DNA of 30,721 nt from Candidatus Eiseniibacteriota bacterium. GTDB lineage: Bacteria; Eisenbacteria; RBG-16-71-46. The notes under the pieces were generated by a model. It did no database searches. It was not told where the DNA came from and worked only from the letters and a program-made list of their open reading frames with translations. Shown here piece after piece: positions 1 to 8,692 of this stretch (positions are counted from its first letter, which is position 1; each line of letters starts with the position of its first letter). Both the position numbers and the translations under genes were made by a program. The stretch is taken from the NCBI GenBank assembly GCA_044222065.1, contig JBGAOA010000052.1, forward strand, positions 1 through 30,721, written 5' to 3'.

Positions 1-1
1 G

Positions 2-1606
2 ATGGATGTCGAGCGCGGTGTTGTAGAGGCCGCGCACGTACGGCTTCACGAGCTCGTTCGTCTCGTAGTGGTAGATCGGCAGGAACGGCCCGTCGGCGAG
101 CAGCAGCGATTCGGCCTCGGCGAGCACCGTGAGCCGCTTCGCGGCGTCCAGCTCGAACGCGGCGCGGCGCAGCAGCGCGTCGTAGCGCGGGTCGCTCCAG
201 CCGGTGCGGTTGTTGCCGTCGCCCGTGCGGCCGAGGCCGAGGAACGTGACGGGATCGAGGAAGTCGCCGATCCACGAGCGCCGCGCGACGTCGTACTGCA
301 GCGTCGTCGTCGCCTGCAGGTACGAGCCCCACTCCTGGTTCGAGAGCGCGACGTCGAGCCCGAGTTCGCGGCGCCACATCGCCTGGATCGCCTCGGCGAT
401 GCGGCGGTGGTCCTCGCTTGTGTTGAACAGGATGTCGAACTTCGGGAATCCCTTGCCGCCCGGGAAGCCCGCCGCCGCGAGCAGCGCGCGCGCTCGTTCG
501 GGATCGAAGCCGAAGCCGCCCGGGGGCGCGTAGCCCGGGTAGCCGCGCGGCGTCATGTTGCCCCACGGTTCGCGGCTCTTCTTGAGCAGGTCGTTCGCGA
601 TCGCGTCGCGGTCGATCGCGAGGTTCAGCGCGCGCCGCACGCGCGCGTCGTCGAACGGCTTGCGCGTGACGTTGAACGAGTAGAAGTACACGCCCTGGTA
701 CGGGCCGCTCCGGTAGTCGGCGAAGCCGCGCAGGTACGGCACGAACTGCGTCGGGAAGTAGCCGCTCGGCACCCAGTCCACGACGCCCGACTTGTACAGG
801 TTCACGTTCGTGTTCAGGTCGTCGAGGCTGTACGCGACGATGCCCTCGAGCGGCACGTTCGCGGCGTTCCAGTAGCGCGGGTTGCGCTCGAAGACGAAGC
901 GGTCGTTCTGGCGCCAGTACTTGAGCCGGAACGGTCCATTGTTCACGAGGTGCTCGGGCCGCACCCAGCGCGGGCCGAACCGCTCGACCGTGGCGCGCGG
1001 GCACGGCAGCGCCGTGTAGAACTGCGTCAGGTACAGGAAGTACGCAGTCGGCGTCTCGAGCCTGACGATCAGCGTGCTGTCGTCGGGCGCGACGATGCCG
1101 ACGTCGTTCTCGTTCGTCGTGCGACCGAGGTTGAACGCCTCGGCGCCGCGGATCGGGTAGAGGAGCCCGGCGTAGCGCGCGGCCGTCGCGGGCCGCAGCA
1201 CCCGCAGCCACGACCAGCGGAAGTCGCGCGCCGTGAGCGGCTGCCCATCGCTCCACACGAGGCCCTGGCGCAGGTGGAACACGTACTCGCGGCCGTCGGC
1301 CGAGACTTCCCAGCGGTACGCCTGCCCCGGGATCGGCTCGAGCGTCTGCGGGTGTTCGCGCGTGAGGCCCTCGAACAGCAGCCGGCAGATGCGGCCGTCC
1401 GGCTGACCCACGGCGACGCCGGGATCGAAGCTCTCGGGCTCGGCGCCGTTCGTGAAGCGGAACACGCCGTCCGCGGGCGGGCGCACGCTGCCGAACCAGC
1501 GCGCGGACGAAGCCGGCGTTCCGCCGGGGCCGCGGCCGCAGGCGAGGGCGAGCGCGCCGAGAGCGAGCAGCGCGAGCGAAACGAAGGCGCGTCGGGGCGC
1601 GTGCAT
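2..1606 (-). CDS. oppA: Peptide ABC transporter substrate-binding lipoprotein (OppA/SBP family 5); runs off the window start
   Basis: Not in the ORF track because there is no stop in the window. Manual translation from ATG 1606 gives MHAPRRAFVSLALLALGALALAC (lipobox), NGAEPESFDP, LFEGL, WEVSADGREYVFHLR, WSDGQPLTARDF, NGPFRL, PFDDARVRRALNLAIDR, WIGDFLDP and LPIYHY. Confidence 0.9.
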   Translation of the reverse strand, partial: MHAPRRAFVSLALLALGALALACGRGPGGTPASSARWFGSVRPPADGVFRFTNGAEPESFDPGVAVGQPDGRICRLLFEGLTREHPQTLEPIPGQAYRWEVSADGREYVFHLRQGLVWSDGQPLTARDFRWSWLRVLRPATAARYAGLLYPIRGAEAFNLGRTTNENDVGIVAPDDSTLIVRLETPTAYFLYLTQFYTALPCPRATVERFGPRWVRPEHLVNNGPFRLKYWRQNDRFVFERNPRYWNAANVPLEGIVAYSLDDLNTNVNLYKSGVVDWVPSGYFPTQFVPYLRGFADYRSGPYQGVYFYSFNVTRKPFDDARVRRALNLAIDRDAIANDLLKKSREPWGNMTPRGYPGYAPPGGFGFDPERARALLAAAGFPGGKGFPKFDILFNTSEDHRRIAEAIQAMWRRELGLDVALSNQEWGSYLQATTTLQYDVARRSWIGDFLDPVTFLGLGRTGDGNNRTGWSDPRYDALLRRAAFELDAAKRLTVLAEAESLLLADGPFLPIYHYETNELVKPYVRGLYNTALDIH

Positions 1607-1700
1607 GAGGGCGCGCAGGATATCAGAGCGCACGCGCGCACCGCGGCGCGCGCGACGAGCGCGGCGCGGTACGCGCCGGGCCCCTCGCGCGCGAAGCCGC

Positions 1701-1706
1701 TAAGAT
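1701..1706 (+). promoter_or_regulatory. Putative -10 element (TAAGAT) 6 nt before the allB GTG; leaderless-type promoter
   Basis: TANNNT hexamer in an otherwise GC-only context, with no Shine-Dalgarno before the start codon. Confidence 0.45.
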
Positions 1707-1712
1707 GCGCGC

Positions 1713-3059
1713 GTGCCCCTCCGCGAACTCCACCTGCGCTGCCATCACACGGTGACGCCGAACGGCGTCATCGACGCGTTCGTGTCGGTGTTCGGCGGCC
1801 GCATCGATCGCGTCGTGCCGGCGAGCGAGCCGTTCTTCCACGACGCCGAAGACCTCGGCGACCGCTGGCTCCTCCCCGGGCTCGTGGACACGCACGTTCA
1901 CGTGAACGAGCCGGGCCGCACCGAGTGGGAGGGATTCGAGACGGCGACGCGCGCCGCCGCCGTCGGCGGCGTGACGACGATCGTGGACATGCCGCTCAAC
2001 AGCGTGCCGGCCACGACGACGGTGCCGGCGATGCGCGCGAAGTCCGCGGCCGCGCGCGGAAAGCTGTTCGTGGACGCCGGATTCTGGGGCGGCGTCGTGC
2101 CGGGGAACGGCCTGCACCTCGAAGGGCTCGCGCGCGAAGGCGTGCTCGGCTTCAAGTGCTTCCTCTCGCCTTCCGGCGTCGAGGAGTTCCCGCACGTCGA
2201 GGAGTGGGACCTGCGCGACGCGATGCCGCGGCTCGCGAAGCTCGGCCTGCCGCTGCTCGCGCACGCGGAGTCGCCGGGCGAACTGCGTGCGGCCGCACCC
2301 GGCGCCGACCGCCGCGCGCACGCGAGCTGGCTCGCGACGCGGCCGCCGCTCGCGGAGTTGCGCGCGATCCGGCTCGTGACCTCGCTCGCCCACGAGTTCC
2401 GCTGCGCGGCTCACGTCGTCCACCTCGCGTGCGCCGACGGCGCCGCGGAACTCGCGATGCTCAAGCGTTCGGGCGTGCCCGTCACGGTCGAGACCTGCCC
2501 ACACTACTTGTACTTCGCCGCGAACGAAATCCCGGACGGCGCGACCGAGTTCAAGTGCGCGCCGCCGATCCGCGAGGACCGTCACCGCGACGCGCTGTGG
2601 CGCGCGCTGCAGGACGGCACGATCGACCTCGTCGCCTCGGACCACTCGCCGTGTCCGCCTGCGCTGAAGGGCCGCGAGTCGGGCGACTTCTTCGGCGCCT
2701 GGGGCGGCATCGCCTCGCTCGAACTCGGACTCTCGGTCGTGTGGACCGCGGCGCGACTGCGCGGCGCCGGCGCCGCCGACCTCGCGCGCTGGATGAGCGC
2801 CGCGCCCGCGCGGCTCGCCGGACTCTCGCGCCGCAAGGGCGCGATCGCAGCGGGCTACGACGCCGACCTCGTCGTGTTCGATCCGAACGCCGAATGGACC
2901 GTCGAGCCGCGCTTCCTCCACCAGCGCCATCCCGTCACGCCCTACGCGGGGCGGCGGCTGCGCGGCCGCGTCGAGCGCACCTACCTGCGCGGCGAAGTCG
3001 CGTGGGACGGACGCGCGTTCCCCTCGCCGCGCGGCGTGCTGCTGCGGCGCGACGCGTGA
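1713..3059 (+). CDS. allB: Allantoinase (amidohydrolase superfamily)
   Basis: DTHVHVNEPGRTEWEGFETATRAAAVGGVTTIVDMPLNS, GFKCF (carbamylated Lys), HAE, HVVHL, ETCPHYL, FKCAPPIR, SDHSP and AWGGI; purine catabolism neighbours. Confidence 0.95.
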   Translation: MPLRELHLRCHHTVTPNGVIDAFVSVFGGRIDRVVPASEPFFHDAEDLGDRWLLPGLVDTHVHVNEPGRTEWEGFETATRAAAVGGVTTIVDMPLNSVPATTTVPAMRAKSAAARGKLFVDAGFWGGVVPGNGLHLEGLAREGVLGFKCFLSPSGVEEFPHVEEWDLRDAMPRLAKLGLPLLAHAESPGELRAAAPGADRRAHASWLATRPPLAELRAIRLVTSLAHEFRCAAHVVHLACADGAAELAMLKRSGVPVTVETCPHYLYFAANEIPDGATEFKCAPPIREDRHRDALWRALQDGTIDLVASDHSPCPPALKGRESGDFFGAWGGIASLELGLSVVWTAARLRGAGAADLARWMSAAPARLAGLSRRKGAIAAGYDADLVVFDPNAEWTVEPRFLHQRHPVTPYAGRRLRGRVERTYLRGEVAWDGRAFPSPRGVLLRRDA

Positions 3060-3106
3060 CGCTTCGCGCGTGACGCCCGCGCCGCGCATCGGGTAGCGTG
3101 CCGCGC

Positions 3107-4415
3107 ATGTCCGCGCACGGCGCTTCCGCGTTCGACTTCTCGGCCGCGACACTCGAGCGGCTGCTCGAGCGTCTCGCGCGCTTCGGAGCGTCTCGCGCGC
3201 TTCGGCGCGCCCGGACCGGGTGTCACGCGCTTCGTCTACGACGCGCACTGGCGCGAGGCGCAGGCGTGGCTTCGGGAGCAGGCGCGCGGGGCCGGGCTCG
3301 AGGCGACGGTGGACGGGGCGGGCAACGTGCTGTTCCACGCGCCCGAGGCGACGCCGGGCGATCTCGCGCGGCCCGTGCTTCTCGTCGGCTCGCACTTCGA
3401 CACCGTTCGCCACGGTGGCCGATTCGACGGCGCGTACGGCGCGGTCGCCGGGCTGATGCTCGCCGCGCACCGGCGCGGCCGCCCGGGGCTGCCGGTCGTC
3501 GGCTTCGCGACGTGCGAGGAGGAGCAGAGCCGCTTCGACTCGCACATGATGGGCGCGCGCAGCCTGCTCGGGCTCGTGGACGCCGCCGAACTCGACCGCG
3601 TGAAGGACGCGGACGGCGTCACGTGGCGCGCCGCGCTGCGCGAGATGCGCGCGAGCGGCCACGCGGCGGGTCTCGCCGACGGCGAACGCCCGTTCACGCC
3701 GGCGTTCCGCGCGAGCCACCAGCTGGAGCTGCACATCGAACAGGGGCCCGTGCTGGAGTCGGCCGGCCTCGAACTCGGCATCGTCGAGCACATCGCCGGC
3801 TACCGGCGCATTCGCGCGACGATCGACGGCGCCGCGCGCCACGCGGGCACGACGCCGCTCGCGCTGCGCCACGACGCGCTCGCAGCCGCCGCGGAACTCG
3901 TGCTCGCGGTCGAATCGCTCGCCCGCGACGCCGGCGAGCCGGCGATCGCGACGTGCGGGAACGCGCTCGTGGCGCCCGCGCTCTACAACGTCGTGCCGGG
4001 GCACTGCGAAGTGTGGATGGAGGCGCGGCACGTCGAGCCCCGCGCGCTCGACGTGCTCGCGCGCGCGATGGAAGATCGCGGCCGCGCGATCGCGGCCCGC
4101 CGCGGCGTCGCGATCGCGTTCGAGTCCGTCACGCGCCAGGAACCGCCCGCGCTCGCCTCGGGCCTCGCGGGCGCGGCCGAAGCGCTCGCGCGCGAGCGCG
4201 CGATCCGCCACCGGCGCATGGCGAGCGGCGCGGCGCACGACACGATGGAGTTCGCGCGCGCGGGAAGCCGCACGCTCATGCTGTTCGCGCCGAGCCGCGA
4301 CGGCATCAGCCACTCGCCGGACGAGCACACGGATACGGCCGCGCTGTGGCGCGGGCTCGAGTTCGCCGGCGCGCTGATCGGCCGCGTCGCGGACGGCGCG
4401 GCCGCGCGGGCATGA
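3107..4415 (+). pseudogene. allC: Allantoate amidohydrolase / M20 Zn hydrolase, frameshifted by a 19-bp tandem duplication at 3167-3204
   Basis: The C-terminal frame (ORF 3309..4415) has GSHFDT, GGRFDG, EEEQSRF, ELHIEQGPVLE, HAGTTP, SGAAHD and GISHSPDE. The N-terminus from ATG 3107 is in another frame. Deleting one repeat copy gives a continuous 429-aa protein reading LERLARFGAPGPGVTRFVYDAHWREAQAWL...VDGAGNV. Confidence 0.85.
3167..3204 (+). repeat. Exact 19-bp tandem duplication (gagcgtctcgcgcgcttcg x2)
   Basis: Read directly: 3167-3185 is identical to 3186-3204. Confidence 0.97.
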
Positions 4416-4924
4416 CGCTCGCCGCGCTGAACGCGCTGCCCGCGGACGAGGCGCGCGCGGCGTTCGAGCTCTGCTGCGGCGCCGCGCGGTGGGCCGCGGC
4501 GATGTGCGCCGCGCGCCCGTTCGAAGACCGCGCCGCGCTCGAGGCCGCGGCCGAGCGCGCGGCGGACGCCCTCGCACGCGCCGACTGGCTCGAGGCGTTC
4601 GCGCACCACCCGCGCATCGGCGACGTCGAATCGCTGCGCGTGAAGTTCGCGAGGACCGCCGCGTGGGCGGGCCGCGAGCAGGGCGGAACCGCCGGCGCGA
4701 GCGACGCGACGCTCGCCGCGCTCGCCGAGGGCAATCGTGCCTACGAGCGGCGCTTCGGCTACATTTTCATCGTGTTCGCCACCGACAAGAGCGCCGACGA
4801 GATGCTCGCGCTGCTGCGCGCGCGGCTCGGCAACGAGCCCGCGGACGAACTCGCGATCGCGGCCGGCGAACAGCGCAAGATCACGCGGCTGCGGCTCGCG
4901 AAGCTGCTCGGAGAGGCGTCCTGA
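4412..4924 (+). CDS. uraD: OHCU decarboxylase
   Basis: ATGA overlap with the allC stop. MTLAALNAL...CCGAARWA...RPF, AFAHHPRIG, EQGG, NRAYERRFGYIFIVFAT, EQRKITRLRL; 170 aa. Confidence 0.93.
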   Translation: MTLAALNALPADEARAAFELCCGAARWAAAMCAARPFEDRAALEAAAERAADALARADWLEAFAHHPRIGDVESLRVKFARTAAWAGREQGGTAGASDATLAALAEGNRAYERRFGYIFIVFATDKSADEMLALLRARLGNEPADELAIAAGEQRKITRLRLAKLLGEAS

Positions 4925-4967
4925 ACCGCGCGCGCACGCCGCGCGCGCTGCGTCCCGGAGGAATGCG

Positions 4968-5312
4968 ATGAGCGCGATCTCGACCCACGTCCTCGACCTC
5001 GCCCACGGCCGCCCGGCGGCGTCCGTGCCAGTGCGGCTCGAGGTGCACCAGGCGGCGCAGGGCTGGGTGCGGCTCGCCGAGGGGCTCACCGACTCGGACG
5101 GGCGCGCGAAGGACCTCGTGCCCGAGGGCGCGCGGCTCGACGAAGGCGTGTACCGGCTCACGTTCCTCACGGGCAACTACTACTCGCAGCACTCCGTGCG
5201 CTGCTTCCATCCCGAGGTGAGCATCGTGTTCCAGGTGCACGACGGCCGCCAGCGCTACCACGTGCCGCTGCTGCTGAGCCCGTGGGGGTACAGCACGTAC
5301 CGCGGCAGCTGA
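4968..5312 (+). CDS. uraH: 5-hydroxyisourate hydrolase (transthyretin-like)
   Basis: GGAGGA RBS at 4957-4962. ISTHVLD...GRPA, TDSDGR and the signature C-terminus YHVPLLLSPWGYSTYRGS; 114 aa. Confidence 0.96.
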   Translation: MSAISTHVLDLAHGRPAASVPVRLEVHQAAQGWVRLAEGLTDSDGRAKDLVPEGARLDEGVYRLTFLTGNYYSQHSVRCFHPEVSIVFQVHDGRQRYHVPLLLSPWGYSTYRGS

Positions 5313-5407
5313 CGCGCGGCGTTTCGCCCGCGCTCGCGCGCGTGGCAGAATGCCCGGCCTTTCCGCGGCGCGATGCGCGCGCCGCCCTCCACGGGAGGAC
5401 GCCCCGC

Positions 5408-6469
5408 TTGCCGCCTCGCCCGCCCGACTTCGACTTCTCGCGCTGGCCGCACATCGAGCGCGCCCGGCTCGCGGCGCGCGACATGCGGCGCCGCATCGAG
5501 AGCGCGCTCGAGGACAACTTCGCGCGCCTCGGCTCCTCGGACGTCAGCTTCGTCGTGTTCGGCTCGCTCGCGCGCGAGGAGTGGACCGAGCACAGCGACG
5601 TGGACTGGATGATGCTCGTGGACGGGCAGGCCGATCCGCAGCACGACCGCATCGAGCGCGAGTTCCGCGAGCTGCTGACGACGCTCGGCTGCGTGCCGCC
5701 CGGGCAGACCGGCATGTTCGGCGCGCTCGACTTCAGCCACGCGCTCATCCACGAGATCGGCGGCGAGGAGGACACGAACAGCAACATCACGAAGCGCGTG
5801 AGCCTGCTGCTCGAGGCGAAACCGATCGGCGGCGCCGAGGCGCTCGAGCGCGTCGTGCACGGCATCATCGCGCGCTACGTGGACGACGTGCTCGTCACGA
5901 CGCACCTGCGGTTCAACGAGCCGCGCGTGCCGCGGTTCCTGCTCAACGACATCGTGCGCTTCTGGCGCACCATGGCCGTGGACTACGCGAACAAGAAGCG
6001 CGCGCGGGCGACGGCCGGCTGGGCGCTGCGCAACTTCAAGCTGCGCATGTCGCGCAAGCTCATCTTCGCCGCCGGACTGCTGACCTGCTTCAGTTGCTCG
6101 ACGGAGCTGGCCGATGACTGGAAGGCCGCGGGACGCGACCCGGGCGACCTCGAGGCGGTGATGAACCGGCACCTGTTCGACTACGCGCGGCGAACGCCGC
6201 TCGACATCGTGGCGCGCGCGGCGGAGCGCCACGGGGGCGAAGCGCTGCTCGGCGAGCTGCTCTCGGCCTACGACCGCTTCCTCGAGCTGATCGGCGATGG
6301 CGACTCGCGTTCGGCGCTCCGCTCGCTCCGCCTGGAGCGGGCGACCGACGAGAATCCCGTGTGGGCCCGCGTGAATCAGATCTGCGGAGAGTTCGAGCAG
6401 GGCCTCGTCCGGCTGTTCTACGATTCCGACGCGTATCGCGGTCTGACGCGCAAGTACGGAGTGTTCTGA
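5408..6469 (+). CDS. Pol-beta superfamily nucleotidyltransferase with helical C-terminal domain (GlnD/GlnE/DUF294-like architecture), function unknown
   Basis: GGAGG at 5394-5398 precedes an in-frame TTG at 5408. FVVFGSLAREEW...SDVDW (GS plus DxD), LLLEAKPIG, FLLNDIVRFWRT and NFKLRMSRKL. Confidence 0.8.
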   Translation: MPPRPPDFDFSRWPHIERARLAARDMRRRIESALEDNFARLGSSDVSFVVFGSLAREEWTEHSDVDWMMLVDGQADPQHDRIEREFRELLTTLGCVPPGQTGMFGALDFSHALIHEIGGEEDTNSNITKRVSLLLEAKPIGGAEALERVVHGIIARYVDDVLVTTHLRFNEPRVPRFLLNDIVRFWRTMAVDYANKKRARATAGWALRNFKLRMSRKLIFAAGLLTCFSCSTELADDWKAAGRDPGDLEAVMNRHLFDYARRTPLDIVARAAERHGGEALLGELLSAYDRFLELIGDGDSRSALRSLRLERATDENPVWARVNQICGEFEQGLVRLFYDSDAYRGLTRKYGVF

Positions 6470-7227
6470 TGCGGCCGATCGGTTTCTCCACCGGTGCGCT
6501 CGCGTGCGGCGACTTCGAGTCGGCGCTGCGGATGCTGCGCGCGCCGGTCTACACGGCGTGCGAACTGTCCGCGCTGCGCGAGGAAGAGCTGGCGCCGCTG
6601 CTCGCGGCGCTCGGACGCCTCGACCTCGCGCGCTTCCGATACGTCGCGATCCACGCTCCGAGCCGGCTCGAGCGCCTCGCCGAGGCGGACGTCGTGCGCG
6701 CGCTCTCGAGCGAGGCCGCGCGCGAGCTGCCCGTCGTCTGCCACCCGAACGTGCTCGCGACGCCCGAGACGTGGCGTCCGCTCGGCCGGCGGCTGCTGAT
6801 CGAGAACATGGACAAGCGCAAACCGATCGGACGCACCGTGGCGGAACTCGCGCCGCTCTTCGAGGCGCTGCCGGACGCCGGCTTCTGCTTCGACCTCGGA
6901 CACGCCCGGCAGGTGGATCCCACGATGACGGTCGCGAGCGAGCTGCTGGACGCGTTCGGCGACCGGCTGCGGCAGCTGCACGTCAGTGAGGTGAACTCGA
7001 GCAACGTGCACGAGGCGCTCGGCCTGCCCGCGATCAGCAGCTTCCGCAAAATCGCGCGCCGCATTCCCGCGGGCGTGCCGCTGATCCTCGAGACGCCCGT
7101 CGGCGCGGACGCGCTCGAGTCCGAGCTGTCGCACGCGCTCGTCGCGCTCGGCGGCACCGACGAGATCCCGATGCGCAGCGGCCAGCACCTCGGCTGGTGT
7201 CCGGCGCCGACGCTCTGGAGGCGCTGA
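6469..7227 (+). CDS. AP endonuclease 2 / xylose isomerase-like metal-binding TIM barrel protein
   Basis: TGATG overlap with the NTase stop. IGFSTG, IHAP, CHP, IENM, FDLGH, LHVSE, NVH and LILET occur in the order expected for this fold; 252 aa. Confidence 0.8.
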   Translation: MRPIGFSTGALACGDFESALRMLRAPVYTACELSALREEELAPLLAALGRLDLARFRYVAIHAPSRLERLAEADVVRALSSEAARELPVVCHPNVLATPETWRPLGRRLLIENMDKRKPIGRTVAELAPLFEALPDAGFCFDLGHARQVDPTMTVASELLDAFGDRLRQLHVSEVNSSNVHEALGLPAISSFRKIARRIPAGVPLILETPVGADALESELSHALVALGGTDEIPMRSGQHLGWCPAPTLWRR

Positions 7228-7345
7228 GCCGGGCGTTCCGCTCGCGCGCGTGACCCCGTCGCGCTAACGTGCCGCGCGCCGGGCCGCACGCGTCACGAGG
7301 CACGCGCGCCGCGCTGACGCGCGCGCGGCCTGCGGAGCGCACCGA

Positions 7346-8692
7346 ATGGATCCGTCGTACTGGCATCGCGTCCAGTTCGCGTTCACGATCACCTACCACT
7401 ACCTGTTCCCCCAGCTCACGATGGGCCTCGCTCTGCTCATCGCGATCATGAAGTCGCTGGGGCTGCGCCCGGGCGGCGAGCGCTGGAACGACGCCGCGCG
7501 GTTCTGGATCCGGATCTTCGGGATCAACTTCGCGATGGGGGTCGTGACCGGGATCCCGATGGAGTTCCAGTTCGGCACGAACTGGGCGGCGTTCTCGCGC
7601 GCGGCGGGCAACGTGATCGGCCACACGCTCGGCATGGAAGGCCTGTTCGCGTTCTTCCTCGAGTCGAGCTTCCTCGCCGTGCTCGTGTGGGGCGAGCGCC
7701 GCGTCGGCCGCGTCGGCCACTGGCTGTCGTCGCTCGCGCTGTTCGCCGGCAGCTGGCTGTCGGGCTACTTCATCGTGACGACGAACGCGTTCCTGCAGCG
7801 ACCCGCCGGGCACGTCGTGGACGCCGACGGGACGATCCGGCTCGCCGACTTCGGGGCGTTCCTCTTCAACCCGTGGGCGATCGCGCAGTACGCGCACACG
7901 ATGACCGCGAGCGTCGTCACCGCGTCGTTCGTGGTCTCGGCCGTCGGCGCCTACTACGTGCTCGCCGGACGCGCGTCCGAGACCTCGCGCCGCTTCCTGC
8001 GCCTCGGCGTCGCGGCGGCGCTCGTTTCGAGCGTCGTCGTCGCGTTCCCGACCGGCGACCACCAGGCGAAGCTCGTCGCGCAGCACCAGCCGATCGCGCT
8101 CGCCGCGATGGAAGGCCGCTTCGAGAGCGGGCCGTACGCGAGGATCACGATCATCGGCCAGCCGAACCTGGCTGAGCGCCGCATCGACAACCCGCTCCAG
8201 GTGCCGGGCATGCTGAGCTTCCTCGCGTTCGGCGCGTTCCACACGAACGTGCCGGGGCTCGCCGAGTTCCCCGAGGACCACTGGCCCGACAACGTCGAGC
8301 TGCTCTACTACGCGTTCCACATCATGGTCGGCCTCGGCACGCTGCTCATCGGCGTCGCCGCGCTCGCGGCGTTCCTCGAGTGGCGCGGCCTGCTCGCGCG
8401 CGCACGCCCGGTGCTGTGGGTGCTCATGCTCGCGTTCCCGTTCCCGTACATCGCGAACACCGCCGGCTGGCTCACGGCGGAACTCGGACGCCAGCCGTGG
8501 CTCGTCTACGGGATCCTGCGCACGAAGGACGGTGCGAGCCCGCTCGTCCACCCGGGCAGCGCGCTGTTCACGCTGATCGGCTTCGCCGGCCTCTACCTGG
8601 TGCTCGGCCTCGCGTTCCTGTTCCTCGTCGGGCGCGAGATCGCCCACGGGCCCGACGCGCACGCCGCGGGGAAGGAGGCGGCCCGTGTTTGA
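7346..8692 (+). CDS. cydA: Cytochrome bd terminal oxidase subunit I (short Q-loop)
   Basis: RVQFAFTITYHYLFP (His19), FGINFAMGVVTGIPMEFQFGTNW, EGLFAFFLES, FHIMVG (Met393 equivalent) and GWLTAELGRQPW. Confidence 0.96.
   Translation: MDPSYWHRVQFAFTITYHYLFPQLTMGLALLIAIMKSLGLRPGGERWNDAARFWIRIFGINFAMGVVTGIPMEFQFGTNWAAFSRAAGNVIGHTLGMEGLFAFFLESSFLAVLVWGERRVGRVGHWLSSLALFAGSWLSGYFIVTTNAFLQRPAGHVVDADGTIRLADFGAFLFNPWAIAQYAHTMTASVVTASFVVSAVGAYYVLAGRASETSRRFLRLGVAAALVSSVVVAFPTGDHQAKLVAQHQPIALAAMEGRFESGPYARITIIGQPNLAERRIDNPLQVPGMLSFLAFGAFHTNVPGLAEFPEDHWPDNVELLYYAFHIMVGLGTLLIGVAALAAFLEWRGLLARARPVLWVLMLAFPFPYIANTAGWLTAELGRQPWLVYGILRTKDGASPLVHPGSALFTLIGFAGLYLVLGLAFLFLVGREIAHGPDAHAAGKEAARV

Noticed and set aside
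2..3073. 1023-aa plus-strand ORF
   Set aside because: Antisense shadow of oppA plus an off-frame overlap of allB; Arg/Ala-rich with no motifs.
3057..3308. Possible AllB-AllC fusion by stop readthrough (the allB frame stays open into the allC catalytic frame)
   Set aside because: The frames match only because of the 19-bp duplication. The linker is junk-like and allC has its own start and -10 element.
3309..4415. 368-aa hydrolase starting at GTG 3309 as an intact gene
   Set aside because: It lacks the N-terminal helix and GVTR segment, which are encoded upstream across the frameshift.
1623..4577. 984-aa minus-strand ORF
   Set aside because: Antisense shadow of allB/allC, typical of high-GC DNA.
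7228..7345. cgtgac/gtcacg half-sites upstream of cydA as an FNR/CRP/Rex box
   Set aside because: Spacing and sequence do not fit the consensus sites, and such words are frequent at this GC.
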